DNA of 63,994 nucleotides, the filler included, from Stramenopiles sp. TOSAG23-2 (taxonomy: Eukaryota), in NCBI GenBank assembly GCA_900128395.1. It is 14 parts of 14 records of this genome, joined end to end, with 100 filler letters (N's around TTAATTAATTAA, not from the genome) between each part and the next. Parts side by side here need not be neighbours in the genome. Positions count along the whole stretch, not along the records: positions 22,992 to 27,479 come from LT650882.1; positions 27,580 to 32,065 come from LT650883.1; positions 32,166 to 36,641 come from LT650884.1; 11 more parts are not named here. One strand, given 5' to 3'. Positions within the stretch are counted from its first letter, which is position 1. The number at the start of each line of letters is the position of its first letter. The notes below the pieces were generated by a model, which searched no databases, had not been told where the DNA came from, and saw nothing but the letters and a program-made list of their open reading frames with translations. A program made the translations under genes and the position numbers. Positions 22,992 to 34,665 of the stretch are shown here, piece by piece.

Positions 22992-25753
22992 AAAAAGTTA
23001 GATTAGGTAAACAAGACGCTTTGTTGTATTATAAAAAAGTATTAGGTGATCCAGAAGTAGACGATATAAAACCAGATGAAAATGCATCAAAAACATATTG
23101 GGATATACATCCTGATGACGTGGAAGATTTAGCAGATTATATGGAAATTGATTTAGATACTGAAAAAACGTTATTGTGGGTGGCTAGAATGGCAGCTTGT
23201 GTAGAGCTTCCCCCGGGATGGACTGAAAATGGACCCGATACTGATGTAGCACATTTACGTGCTGAAATAACAAATTCACAAGAAGATGAACCTGCACAAT
23301 GTTATACATATGAAAAATGGTTATGTCGTAATGATCGTGAAACTGCATTAATGTCATTAGAGGAGCATCCATCGGAAGAATATTATAAAGAAGTGATTAA
23401 AAGTTTAAGGGAAGAATTGCAAGATAGAATGGAGGATAGCATGGGACAAGATGATGATGATGACGATCAAAATTTTATCCCAGAATATTGCGATGAGGAA
23501 GGCAAAGTATATACATTTGATTATTCTACTCGTGAAAAGAATTTTACTGGACGTGTTATAGATTTAGAAGCTTTGCAAGATAGAAATTATGGTGGGACTG
23601 GTACAGGAGAAGGAGATGAAAGTGAAAATATGACGGAAGAAGAATTAGAACAAAAAGCAAAGGAAGAAGCGGCTAAATTGGAGAAAGAAGCGGAGGAGGA
23701 AGCATTAAATACTAGTATGGCACGTGCGAAAATGACGCCATTTCAACGTTTAGTGGTGAAATTATCGAAAAAAGGTTTAATGGAAAAACAAATAGTAGAC
23801 TTTGCATTGTTAATTGATATCAATCCAAACAATGAACGTAGTGAATTTATATGGTTAATTGATCAAGGTTTGTCAAAACCAATGCCTGGATGGGTATATC
23901 GCGCTGATCCAAATGGTAAATGGCATTATTTCACGGAAACAAGTGGCACACAAGGTCTTGAAAAGCAACAATCATCTTCATTAAAACGTAATGGTAATGG
24001 AAAAGGTGAAATAAGTGGTTGGGAAGCAGATATGAATGCATCGTTAGCACAAGATGATAAACGACAAACGTCAAATTCAACTTCTATATCTAGAAACATA
24101 CAATCAGTATGGACACATCCACGTGTAAAATTTTACAAAAACTTACATAAGAAATTACGTAAGAAACGCCGTTTAGAAAATCGAGAGGAATTAGCATCTA
24201 AATTATTAAAAGAAAGTACGGATGATCATATACGACGTAAACATCGTGGAAGACAATCAGGTGGTGTTGGCGTTGCACATATGGCGCCTAGAGAAGGTGA
24301 TGAAGATTTAGTCACACAACCAACGGTTTGGAGCTTTGAACAAAAAGCAAAAATTCCGAAGAAGAAAACGTTGAAAGATGGATATGAAGAGTATGAAGAA
24401 GAGGCTTTGAATGATGTAAATGGAGAAGATAGTGTTAAGAAACGACCAAATCGACCATTACATCCTGGTTTCGCTAATAATAATAATAATACCGATAACG
24501 ATGGTGACCAGCAACATGTTGAACAGGATGGGTTTCTAAATGAAAAAGAATATATAGGTGAAAATAAAGATCCATTTCAATCTGCACAATTTGATGATGA
24601 ACAACATGGAAAAGAAAATCCAAATAAAAAACGACGAAAAAGACCGAATAATAAACCAGGTGAAGGCAGACAGGGGGAACGACGTAGCCGTGAAAGCAGC
24701 AGTGGTGGTGGAGGATTTACAGGGTTAATGATTGATGCAACATCTCCTAATAAAAATGCATCTACGTCTAATCTTGTCAAAGATAAATCAAGTGACGTAT
24801 TATACATTCAACCACCGAAATTTGGTGCAATGAATAACATGATACCAAAATCAACATTGGAGAAACATCGCTCAGAATCTGTAGATCAGTTTTTAGATGA
24901 AGATGAAGGCAACTTTAATTATGAACGATCTAAAACGGTTATGGGTGTTCATGATGAACGTGGACATGTCGAAAAGAAGAAGAAAAAGAAAAAGAAAAAG
25001 AAGAAAAATCGACCGCAAAAATTAGAACGTTTATATGATGAAGATAGTGATGAAGACTTTTCATTATTAGATGATGAAGAGATCAAAGCAGAGATGCGCA
25101 ATGTCAATGATACCAATTCAGGAGGAGATGGAACGACATGGTCAATGTCTACAAATAGTAAAATAAGTTTGAAACCGTTAGGTGTTGGTTTACCATCGAA
25201 AATCGAAGTTGAATCGCATCCATTGGAAAAAATTGATACGCCTGATATTAGTAGAAAACGATTTCAACCAGCTAAATTAGATGTTATGGAGGAACGGCAT
25301 CCATTGCAATTAATCGAAAGTAAATTAGAACAATCTGGTAAGAAAAAGAAAAGTAGTTTCAATGGTGTCCCATTGGGACAAGGGTCGCTATTAAATAATA
25401 ACAACAACAATGCTTCATCGTTGGGTGCATTAGGTTTAGGTAGTGGTGCAAATGGTCTTCTAGGTGGTGGTGGCATGAGTGGGAATAATTTTAATAACAA
25501 CAACAATAATAATATTCAAAGCATGGGTAATCTTCGTAGTAGTGGTCAAAGCCTTTTAAAAAAGCCTGCATTTGGTAAGAATATGCTTGGAAATGTCATG
25601 CAAGAGGAAGAACCATATAAGATACCATCACCTCGAGAGAAACGTAAACGGTTTCAACCTGCATTCAATGCAATGGCACCATTAGGCGGTGGTGGTGGTG
25701 GATTAGGTGGCAGAGGATTAGGTGGTAATGGTGGTGGTTTGATGAAGTTGTAA
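22992..25753 (+). CDS. CEP164-like WW-domain protein with long disordered tail (5' truncated)
   Basis: Two modules of CEP164 N-terminal type: DLADYMEIDLDTEKTLLWVAR..LPPGW..EHP and DFALLIDINP..FIWLIDQGL..PMPGW..WHYF..WTHP. Confidence 0.7.
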
Positions 25754-25869
25754 AAAATTTGATATATCATATTTATCAGATGATGGTTAAAATCTCATAT
25801 TTATCAGTATATTAATTTTTTATTTTAAATATTCAATATTTTTAAAAAAATAAAAAAACTTTTTTTAAA

Positions 25870-27228
25870 TTAGATTTTTTCTAAATCTTCTACATAACTG
25901 GCTACAAATTCACGTAAACCTTCAATACTGCCTGATTGAGATAGAAAAGGCTCGATATTATAGTAACGCATGTATTTGACTTTTCCATATGGATTACTAA
26001 ATATAGTATGAAAATATTCTACCCATTCGCTAACATTGTGACAGCCAAAACATGCAGCTTCCGCTACGATAAATTCATTTCCCATATTATATTCATTCAA
26101 TGCAATTTTTAATCCTGGTTGGGCTACCGGATTGCTATTTCCTTTACCGCTACGTGATGGAAACTGAGAAGGGCCAAAATAGGATGAATAACCTGGAGTT
26201 GCTGGAATTACCATTGGTGCATCCCATTGTATTCGCAATGGATCACTTATAGCACCACCATGTGTCGCTAATATACCATTTATCATTAAATCAGGCCAAG
26301 CTTTGACACATGAAGATATAATTTCTTTAAAGTAATTTTTTATTCCAAATGTAATTTCTTCTCGTGTTGGAGGTGGACCAGATGTACGTATCTTCAATGT
26401 TTGTAACATATTATACCCTTGTGGTTGTAAGCCTCCAAATAAACCTTTTGAAGAATTTAAACCATATGTTGGATCTGATTTGGAACTGGTTGGATTATTA
26501 CGATATATTTCATTGCCATTTGGATAATAATAAAAATTAGCACCGACATCAACTTCTTCACCTAATTTAATAGAAATTAATACTTTTCTATCTACATCTT
26601 TTTGTCGATCATACCAATCTCTGATTGCGCTAATTATTTCAAACAAACCATCTTTTGTTCTTTTAATCAATGCAGGTGAAGCTAAGTTTGGTTGTGGTGT
26701 AGGCATTCTAAATTGTTGGCCCCAATTTCGCCAAGATATCATAGTTGCATTAGTACTAGACCATGAAGTCCATTCAACATTATTTACATTATTTTCATTA
26801 CATCCAGGTTGTTTAGGGTCATACCAATTCCATAAATTTGAACTATAGTAAAATTGAACAGGATCTAATGTAATTTCAACTGGGGTTTTCGTAGCGACTG
26901 CAGAATTAAGGAAATTTTCAATACCTTCCTTCACTTGCGATATTGTACAACTATGTGGTGATAAAAAACAATCGAGTGTTTCCCATTGAAAGGTAAATCC
27001 AATTTTCATTTTTGAATTTTGCCACGAGAAAGATTCCGGTTCTTGTTGCAACATTGACCAAGGAAATTGTTTTGTTGCTGGAGATGTTGGACCTTTTATG
27101 AAAAAAATATACGAATTGTCGTCGTTGTTATTATTATTATTATTATTATTATCTGCAACAATTATTTTACAACAATTCAATAAATATATTAATAATATCC
27201 ATGATAATAATATTCGTTGCATCATCAT
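25870..27228 (-). CDS. Secreted Trp-rich protein, putative glycoside-hydrolase-like
   Basis: Signal-peptide-like N-terminus, poly-N tract, LWNWYDP..NVEWTSW..SWRNWGQQ..PNLASP; acidic residues after hydrophobic strands (IKLGEE, IVAE). Confidence 0.6.
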   Translation of the reverse strand: MMMQRILLSWILLIYLLNCCKIIVADNNNNNNNNNDDNSYIFFIKGPTSPATKQFPWSMLQQEPESFSWQNSKMKIGFTFQWETLDCFLSPHSCTISQVKEGIENFLNSAVATKTPVEITLDPVQFYYSSNLWNWYDPKQPGCNENNVNNVEWTSWSSTNATMISWRNWGQQFRMPTPQPNLASPALIKRTKDGLFEIISAIRDWYDRQKDVDRKVLISIKLGEEVDVGANFYYYPNGNEIYRNNPTSSKSDPTYGLNSSKGLFGGLQPQGYNMLQTLKIRTSGPPPTREEITFGIKNYFKEIISSCVKAWPDLMINGILATHGGAISDPLRIQWDAPMVIPATPGYSSYFGPSQFPSRSGKGNSNPVAQPGLKIALNEYNMGNEFIVAEAACFGCHNVSEWVEYFHTIFSNPYGKVKYMRYYNIEPFLSQSGSIEGLREFVASYVEDLEKI

Positions 27229-28039
27229 GTACAAAAATTTAAAAAAATTGAACAAACCAAGAAAATAAAAATTGCTTATTCTATTTTTTTATTTTATTTC
27301 CTTATGCAATAATTATATATCTATTTCAACACACTGATGGACTTTTGTTTACAAGCATTTATATATTGTGTACAGAGTGTGTATGAACACAGCTATGTTG
27401 AATATATTCTAATTCTATTTTTTTGTGTTTTTTTAAATAAAAAAACTTTTTTTTTTTTTTGTTGGGTAAAAATAAACCTNNNNNNNNNNNNNNNNNNNNN
27501 NNNNNNNNNNNNNNNNNNNNNNNTTAATTAATTAANNNNNNNNNNNNNNNNNNNNNNNNNNNNNNNNNNNNNNNNNNNNAGACTCTTTCTCTATTATTAA
27601 TTCATTATGATTTACGTACAGCGTACAATACCGATTACGCACCTGCGTCCGTATAATTATTAATACTGTATATAATACTGTATTATTATATTGTAAATTA
27701 CAAATACACTCTGGCACTCTTTTATTTTATTTACAGTCGTCCATATATTTTCAAAACACTTTGCTCTCTCCGTTTCCAACCTCTCTCTCTCTCTCTCTTT
27801 CGTATTATGCGTCGTAATGCACCACTGGTGTAGTAATATTAATATTAAATATCAATAGTATCTACTCCTGTATTACAACAAGGTAACAAAAACAAATTAT
27901 TAATCATCTATCAATACCAAGAGTACTGTACAAAATAAATAAAAAAATGTAAACAGTATGTGTGAAAAAAACTGTTTATACAAATCATCTTTACATCAAA
28001 TCTACATTGTTACATAGTAGACTATATAACATCAAATAT

Positions 28040-29410
28040 TTAAAGACGTTTCGAATCGAGTAATTCTTTTCGTTTTTTTGCAATTAAAATGTCATATGGT
28101 GATTCATCCATAGGTTTTCTAGCATCTAGAACACTAAAAAGTAAAAAAGAAAGTGTACCAAGTGCTGTCAAACCGGAATAAAATCTCAATATAGTGCTCC
28201 AACCACCACGACTTTTCAAATATGGAAATGCGGCATAAACTAATGTCGTAACAAAATTCCCAGGGAAATCTAACCAACCGTTATAAGTTCCAGAAAATCG
28301 TTCCCCACCAAATTTAATCAACCAATTACTTGGTACGACATAAAATGCAGGCGCAATACCTGCCATGGTTAGTAAAAGTAATGCTGGCACAACACTTTTA
28401 CTTGGTTTGTTGGATAAAACTATAAGTGTACCAACACTAACAATTTGAGTCAACGTATACCACCAAGTTTTTTGACTTGGTGTTATATTCGACTCTACAT
28501 ATCCACCACCAATCACAGCAGGCACCGCTACTAATGGAAATAAACTTGCTACTGCACCAATTTCAGTAGGCTGCATTCCATATGTCTCTGATAAATAAGT
28601 TGCTAAAACTGCTGGTAAATCAAAAACAGGTGTGGTTAGCATTGATGCACCAAACAATAGGAACAAACGTGGTTCTTTCATAGCAACTCCAATAAATTCT
28701 TTGGTTGTTACCGCTACATCAGCTTCACCATTTTTTACTTGATTTTTTTCATAAAAACTTTCTTTTCTACGTATTTTCTTCTTATCAACTGGACTTTCCT
28801 TTAAAAAAGTATATAGCGTTGCACTAACAGCTAATGCAAATGTTCCAATCCCTCCAGCTAATGTTTGCCATGACCCCAAGACATCCAATAAATAACCTGA
28901 AATAAATGGTCCAAACCACGCACCTGCACGACTAGATGTTGATAGAACACTATTGATAAACGCGCCATTTGATAAATGGGAAAACCAATTCCGCATTAAA
29001 ACGGACATGGCTGGCCATCCCAATGAATGAACAATTCTTGAAAAGGACCACAATGCAGACATAACCACTGGATTTTTTGTTCTGCCAATGCTTATGAATG
29101 ATAGACCCATCAAACTAGTTAAAGTTACTAAAATAGTCCGCCCACCTAAGTAATCCACTAAAGGACCTCCTAACAATTTACCAGTTGCATAGGCAGCTGT
29201 TCCTGAAGTTAACAACGCACTGAATTGTGTCACACTTAATACATTTTCTTTTTGTGCACCAAAAAATGCTAAATCCATGCCTCCACGAGTACCCATACCG
29301 CATGCATACGCCAAGTACATCAAGGCAAAAGTCGCCGTATGTGCAGATGTCCAAACACTCTTTTCCTCATCCTGTTCTTTGTCTTCTTTTAACTTTGATT
29401 GATTAGCCAT
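28040..29410 (-). CDS. MFS transporter, organophosphate:Pi antiporter (GlpT/SLC37-like), copy 1
   Basis: About 12 hydrophobic segments; AYATGKLLGGPLVDYLGGR, HSLGWPAMSVLMRNWF, LSTSSRAG. Confidence 0.85.
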   Translation of the reverse strand: MANQSKLKEDKEQDEEKSVWTSAHTATFALMYLAYACGMGTRGGMDLAFFGAQKENVLSVTQFSALLTSGTAAYATGKLLGGPLVDYLGGRTILVTLTSLMGLSFISIGRTKNPVVMSALWSFSRIVHSLGWPAMSVLMRNWFSHLSNGAFINSVLSTSSRAGAWFGPFISGYLLDVLGSWQTLAGGIGTFALAVSATLYTFLKESPVDKKKIRRKESFYEKNQVKNGEADVAVTTKEFIGVAMKEPRLFLLFGASMLTTPVFDLPAVLATYLSETYGMQPTEIGAVASLFPLVAVPAVIGGGYVESNITPSQKTWWYTLTQIVSVGTLIVLSNKPSKSVVPALLLLTMAGIAPAFYVVPSNWLIKFGGERFSGTYNGWLDFPGNFVTTLVYAAFPYLKSRGGWSTILRFYSGLTALGTLSFLLFSVLDARKPMDESPYDILIAKKRKELLDSKRL

Positions 29411-30234
29411 TACTATATATAGTTATCTATCTATCTATCTATATCTATCTATAACGTATTTCTTTTTTTATCTATCTAATGTCTAACCTAATAAGTATAA
29501 TTTCAATAAACTACTACATGCAACACATGTAAGACGATTTGAATTTTTACAGCGGTATAGGTGGACATATAGGTATTATTAATATACAGATGTACTACTG
29601 TAAGTGATACTCGATTCCCAGATTCCCTCAGAAAGGTCTTTCTTATTTTCGGAAAATTCATCTATATTTCACTATTTCCAATTTAAGGGAGTACCACCAG
29701 GAGTACCACCAGGAGTACACAGGTATATAATAGCTTTTATAAATAGAAAGTACAAACCAGCAAACATAGAAGCCTCTCTCCAGCTGCTCTCTATAATAAT
29801 CACAAAAACTAACTTATTATATATATAATAAGTTAGTTTTTGTGATTATTATAGAGAGCAGCTGGAGAGAGGCTTCTATGTTTGCTGGTTTGTACTTTCT
29901 ATTTATAAAAGCTATTATATACCTGTGTACTCCTGGTGGTACTCCTGGTGGTACTCCCTTAAATTGGAAATAGTGAAATATAGATGAATTTTCCGAAAAT
30001 AAGAAAGACCTTTCTGAGGGAATCTGGGAATCGAGTATCACTTACAGTAGTACATCTGTATATTAATAATACCTATATGTCCACCTATACCGCTGTAAAA
30101 ATTCAAATCGTCTTACATGTGTTGCATGTAGTAGTTTATTGAAATTATACTTATTAGGTTAGACATTAGATAGATAAAAAAAGAAATACGTTATAGATAG
30201 ATATAGATAGATAGATAGATAACTATATATAGTA

Positions 30235-31605
30235 ATGGCTAATCAATCAAAGTTAAAAGAAGACAAAGAACAGGATGAGGAAAAGAGTGTTTGGACATCT
30301 GCACATACGGCGACTTTTGCCTTGATGTACTTGGCGTATGCATGCGGTATGGGTACTCGTGGAGGCATGGATTTAGCATTTTTTGGTGCACAAAAAGAAA
30401 ATGTATTAAGTGTGACACAATTCAGTGCGTTGTTAACTTCAGGAACAGCTGCCTATGCAACTGGTAAATTGTTAGGAGGTCCTTTAGTGGATTACTTAGG
30501 TGGGCGGACTATTTTAGTAACTTTAACTAGTTTGATGGGTCTATCATTCATAAGCATTGGCAGAACAAAAAATCCAGTGGTTATGTCTGCATTGTGGTCC
30601 TTTTCAAGAATTGTTCATTCATTGGGATGGCCAGCCATGTCCGTTTTAATGCGGAATTGGTTTTCCCATTTATCAAATGGCGCGTTTATCAATAGTGTTC
30701 TATCAACATCTAGTCGTGCAGGTGCGTGGTTTGGACCATTTATTTCAGGTTATTTATTGGATGTCTTGGGGTCATGGCAAACATTAGCTGGAGGGATTGG
30801 AACATTTGCATTAGCTGTTAGTGCAACGCTATATACTTTTTTAAAGGAAAGTCCAGTTGATAAGAAGAAAATACGTAGAAAAGAAAGTTTTTATGAAAAA
30901 AATCAAGTAAAAAATGGTGAAGCTGATGTAGCGGTAACAACCAAAGAATTTATTGGAGTTGCTATGAAAGAACCACGTTTGTTCCTATTGTTTGGTGCAT
31001 CAATGCTAACCACACCTGTTTTTGATTTACCAGCAGTTTTAGCAACTTATTTATCAGAGACATATGGAATGCAGCCTACTGAAATTGGTGCAGTAGCAAG
31101 TTTATTTCCATTAGTAGCGGTGCCTGCTGTGATTGGTGGTGGATATGTAGAGTCGAATATAACACCAAGTCAAAAAACTTGGTGGTATACGTTGACTCAA
31201 ATTGTTAGTGTTGGTACACTTATAGTTTTATCCAACAAACCAAGTAAAAGTGTTGTGCCAGCATTACTTTTACTAACCATGGCAGGTATTGCGCCTGCAT
31301 TTTATGTCGTACCAAGTAATTGGTTGATTAAATTTGGTGGGGAACGATTTTCTGGAACTTATAACGGTTGGTTAGATTTCCCTGGGAATTTTGTTACGAC
31401 ATTAGTTTATGCCGCATTTCCATATTTGAAAAGTCGTGGTGGTTGGAGCACTATATTGAGATTTTATTCCGGTTTGACAGCACTTGGTACACTTTCTTTT
31501 TTACTTTTTAGTGTTCTAGATGCTAGAAAACCTATGGATGAATCACCATATGACATTTTAATTGCAAAAAAACGAAAAGAATTACTCGATTCGAAACGTC
31601 TTTAA
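30235..31605 (+). CDS. MFS transporter (GlpT/SLC37-like), identical mirror copy
   Basis: Translation identical to 28040-29410; probably an artefactual second copy. Confidence 0.75.
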   Translation: MANQSKLKEDKEQDEEKSVWTSAHTATFALMYLAYACGMGTRGGMDLAFFGAQKENVLSVTQFSALLTSGTAAYATGKLLGGPLVDYLGGRTILVTLTSLMGLSFISIGRTKNPVVMSALWSFSRIVHSLGWPAMSVLMRNWFSHLSNGAFINSVLSTSSRAGAWFGPFISGYLLDVLGSWQTLAGGIGTFALAVSATLYTFLKESPVDKKKIRRKESFYEKNQVKNGEADVAVTTKEFIGVAMKEPRLFLLFGASMLTTPVFDLPAVLATYLSETYGMQPTEIGAVASLFPLVAVPAVIGGGYVESNITPSQKTWWYTLTQIVSVGTLIVLSNKPSKSVVPALLLLTMAGIAPAFYVVPSNWLIKFGGERFSGTYNGWLDFPGNFVTTLVYAAFPYLKSRGGWSTILRFYSGLTALGTLSFLLFSVLDARKPMDESPYDILIAKKRKELLDSKRL

Positions 31606-32165
31606 ATATTTGATGTTATATAGTCTACTATGTAACAATGTAGATTTGATGTAAAGATGATTTGTATAAACAGTTTTTTTCACACATACTGTTTACATTT
31701 TTTTATTTATTTTGTACAGTACTCTTGGTATTGATAGATGATTAATAATTTGTTTTTGTTACCTTGTTGTAATACAGGAGTAGATACTATTGATATTTAA
31801 TATTAATATTACTACACCAGTGGTGCATTACGACGCATAATACGAAAGAGAGAGAGAGAGAGAGGTTGGAAACGGAGAGAGCAAAGTGTTTTGAAAATAT
31901 ATGGACGACTGTAAATAAAATAAAAGAGTGCCAGAGTGTATTTGTAATTTACAATATAATAATACAGTATTATATACAGTATTAATAATTATACGGACGC
32001 AGGTGCGTAATCGGTATTGTACGCTGTACGTAAATCATAATGAATTAATAATAGAGAAAGAGTGTNNNNNNNNNNNNNNNNNNNNNNNNNNNNNNNNNNN
32101 NNNNNNNNNTTAATTAATTAANNNNNNNNNNNNNNNNNNNNNNNNNNNNNNNNNNNNNNNNNNNN

Positions 32166-34095
32166 AAAGTGAATCATATAGACTGGACACATTTTTTAAC
32201 CATATTGAAAACAGTTGTAACACCATGTTCAATTTGTGCAAGCCATAATAATAATTGTCAAACCTTTAAATTTCGTCCAAATCCACATGGCCCAGATTAT
32301 TGTGCGTGTGGACATAGTTTGAAAAAGCATGTAAACCCTACATTATCTGTAACACCAAATACAATCGCAAGAGAGGACGATACAAGCAGCTCACCATATC
32401 ATAAAAAACAACCGTCTACTTGGATATCTCCAGCTAGGAAGCAGAAAATTAGAAAACATAAATTTTCAAACGATGAAATCAACGCACAAATCTTAGAGGA
32501 AACGTTAACACATGGAAGAACTACAAAAGATATGAAAGCACATCATAAACGTATAGTATCAGCGGAAGCTAATTACAATAGATTATTGCCCGTTATAAAA
32601 AAAGCAACTATGTTGCATGAACGCGGAAAAACAAATATCCCAGCAGATGGTAACCAGAGAAGGAGAATGTTATCGAATTCTTTTAAAACTCACATAGATG
32701 AAAAAGAACAACGTGAAAATCCACGAAATAATAGAAGACCAAGTACCGCAGGAGGTGCTTTAGAAAGGAAAAAGTCAGAATTAAAAAGTCTTCAAACAAC
32801 GACAAAAATTCAAAAGATCAAAATTATGTGTGGACTATGCAGGCAGTATTTCACTTTAGATAATTTGCAGTGTTTAGCAACCACTTGAGGGCAAGCATGT
32901 ACAAATTGATGAAACGAGCCATCCTATAGATGGGGGAACAATATTATCAGAAAAATACGGGCGCGTTACAAAAACGAATATTCAATTGGAACAAGTGTAT
33001 GTCGTTCATTTAGATGGCGCAAGGGCATGGTATCGAGTGAAAGATACTTGGGATTGGAGTGTTGAAGACGAAAATAGCTTTAAAATGACAAAAACTGGTA
33101 GACAAAGTCGCAAATCTCGAAGTGGCCAAAGTAGAAAAAAAGGCGGTGTTTATGATATGAAACCATCTACGGCTGGGCGTATTGCATTTCTTAAAAACCG
33201 CTCAAAACAATTAAAAAAATACGACAAGGTTCGCATATGCGTTTTCTGCGCACAACTTTACGATCATGCATGCGAGACACTTGCAGCGGAAGAAAAAGAT
33301 GAGGCGGACTTACTGCAAGGCGAAAAAGAGAAAAAAAGAAAAGCAATGGGCCGTGATGGAATGGATCAGTTAGCAATTTTTAAAGCAGAAATGAAAGCGA
33401 AGAAAAAGAGACTGGAAGAAGAACAATTAGAAGAAGAACGCTTGAAACAAGAGAAAATTGATGCTCAAAAATTTCAGAGACAAGTTGAAAAGGACAGACG
33501 CCATGCAATCAAACAACAATATAAAACGGATGCCGGGACTGAGCGCCAATTATCTGAAGAAGATCGCAAGCATGCTCAAATTAAACGTTGGGAGGAGGAA
33601 AATAATTTGAAATATTTCGAACTTCCAATGGAAAAACGTAGACGTATAAAAGAACAATTAGAAGAAGAGGAAGTATTTAGAATTTCAAAAGAAGCAGAGG
33701 ATTTAAACATTTTATTGGATAAAATCGGTTTAAATTTAACAACCATACCTTTCAGTCTTGCCCAATTAAGAGCAATGAGTTTGAAAAGAAGGTTGCGAAC
33801 GATTGCTGCGATAAGGATACAAGCGCTTGGGCGTGGATTTATCCATCGCATACGCATTGTTAGACGTTTAGGTGGTGACGGCGCAAGTCTTGAACAAGGT
33901 ATTGATGAATTGCGAGAAAAAATTGCAGAGGTACAAAAGAAAAAACTTGAGTTAGAAAGAATCCGTATGGAAAGAGAGAAGAAGAAAGTTGAAGCACGTC
34001 TTATGGAGGAAAAACGCCAGCGGGAATTAAAGGCTAAGAAAAAACGTAGGGAAATGTTGGAACAATATGAAATGAAACACAACAAGAAAAAATGA
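32166..34095 (+). CDS. Cys-motif/coiled-coil/IQ protein split by a +1 frameshift near 32878-32886 (5' truncated)
   Basis: ORF1 ends CGLCRQYFTLDNLQCLATT*. The +1 frame is open from 32878 (QPLEGKHV) into ORF 32986-34095, which has YDKVRICVFCAQLY and IQ motif IRIQALGRGFIHR. Confidence 0.6.
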
Positions 34096-34285
34096 AGAGG
34101 AGTATCCAGGTATAGAATAGTCTGGAATAAAAAAGCAAATAATTTTACAAGATGTAAGATGCGCTTATATTTTCATATTCTACAGGTATAAATTCAAAAT
34201 AAAATACTACTTATTCTAAATCATTGAAATCATACTACAATCATCTCCTCTCTGCTACAATGTCAAAAAGCATAAGGAAAAATTT

Positions 34286-34446
34286 CTGAAATCCGTCATA
34301 CTTTTTTTAAAATATATTAAGTATATATATTTGTATACTAATAAGATTCCGATTTCCAATTTGATTTGATAGTACCATTAGTGTACAAATATATATACTT
34401 AATATATGTTAAAAAAAAAGAATGACGTTCGACGGATTTTTTCAGA
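34286..34446. repeat. Imperfect inverted repeat (MITE/fold-back-like)
   Basis: tctgaaatccgtcat..atatattaagtatatatatttgtatactaat versus attagtgtacaaatatatatacttaatatat..atgacg..gacggattttttcaga. Confidence 0.65.
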
Positions 34447-34665
34447 AAAAGAGATAATAATAATGTCTAACGCCATATCAATAATATTATTTATCCAAAT
34501 AATATATATCTAGATATATTACCCGTATATATGATGCTAACCAAACATATTATTTTTTATTACCAATAAATACCTCTGGGACCTCTGTAAATAAAAAGAA
34601 GTGGCATTATCTTCATCATTATCATCCCAGGCCCAAAGAGACAAAGCAAATATTATCACAAAGAA

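Larger units (their letters stand above)
27582..32063. repeat. Whole-contig palindrome, ~2.24-kb arms, axis 29822/29823
   Basis: Mirror ORFs with identical translations (28040-29410 / 30235-31605; 29604-29828 / 29817-30041). Centre is aacttattatatatataataagtt with no spacer. Confidence 0.95.

Noticed and set aside
29604..30041. Twin 74-aa ORFs at the palindrome centre
   Set aside because: GTG starts, no recognisable motif, promoter-like region; duplicated only by the palindrome.
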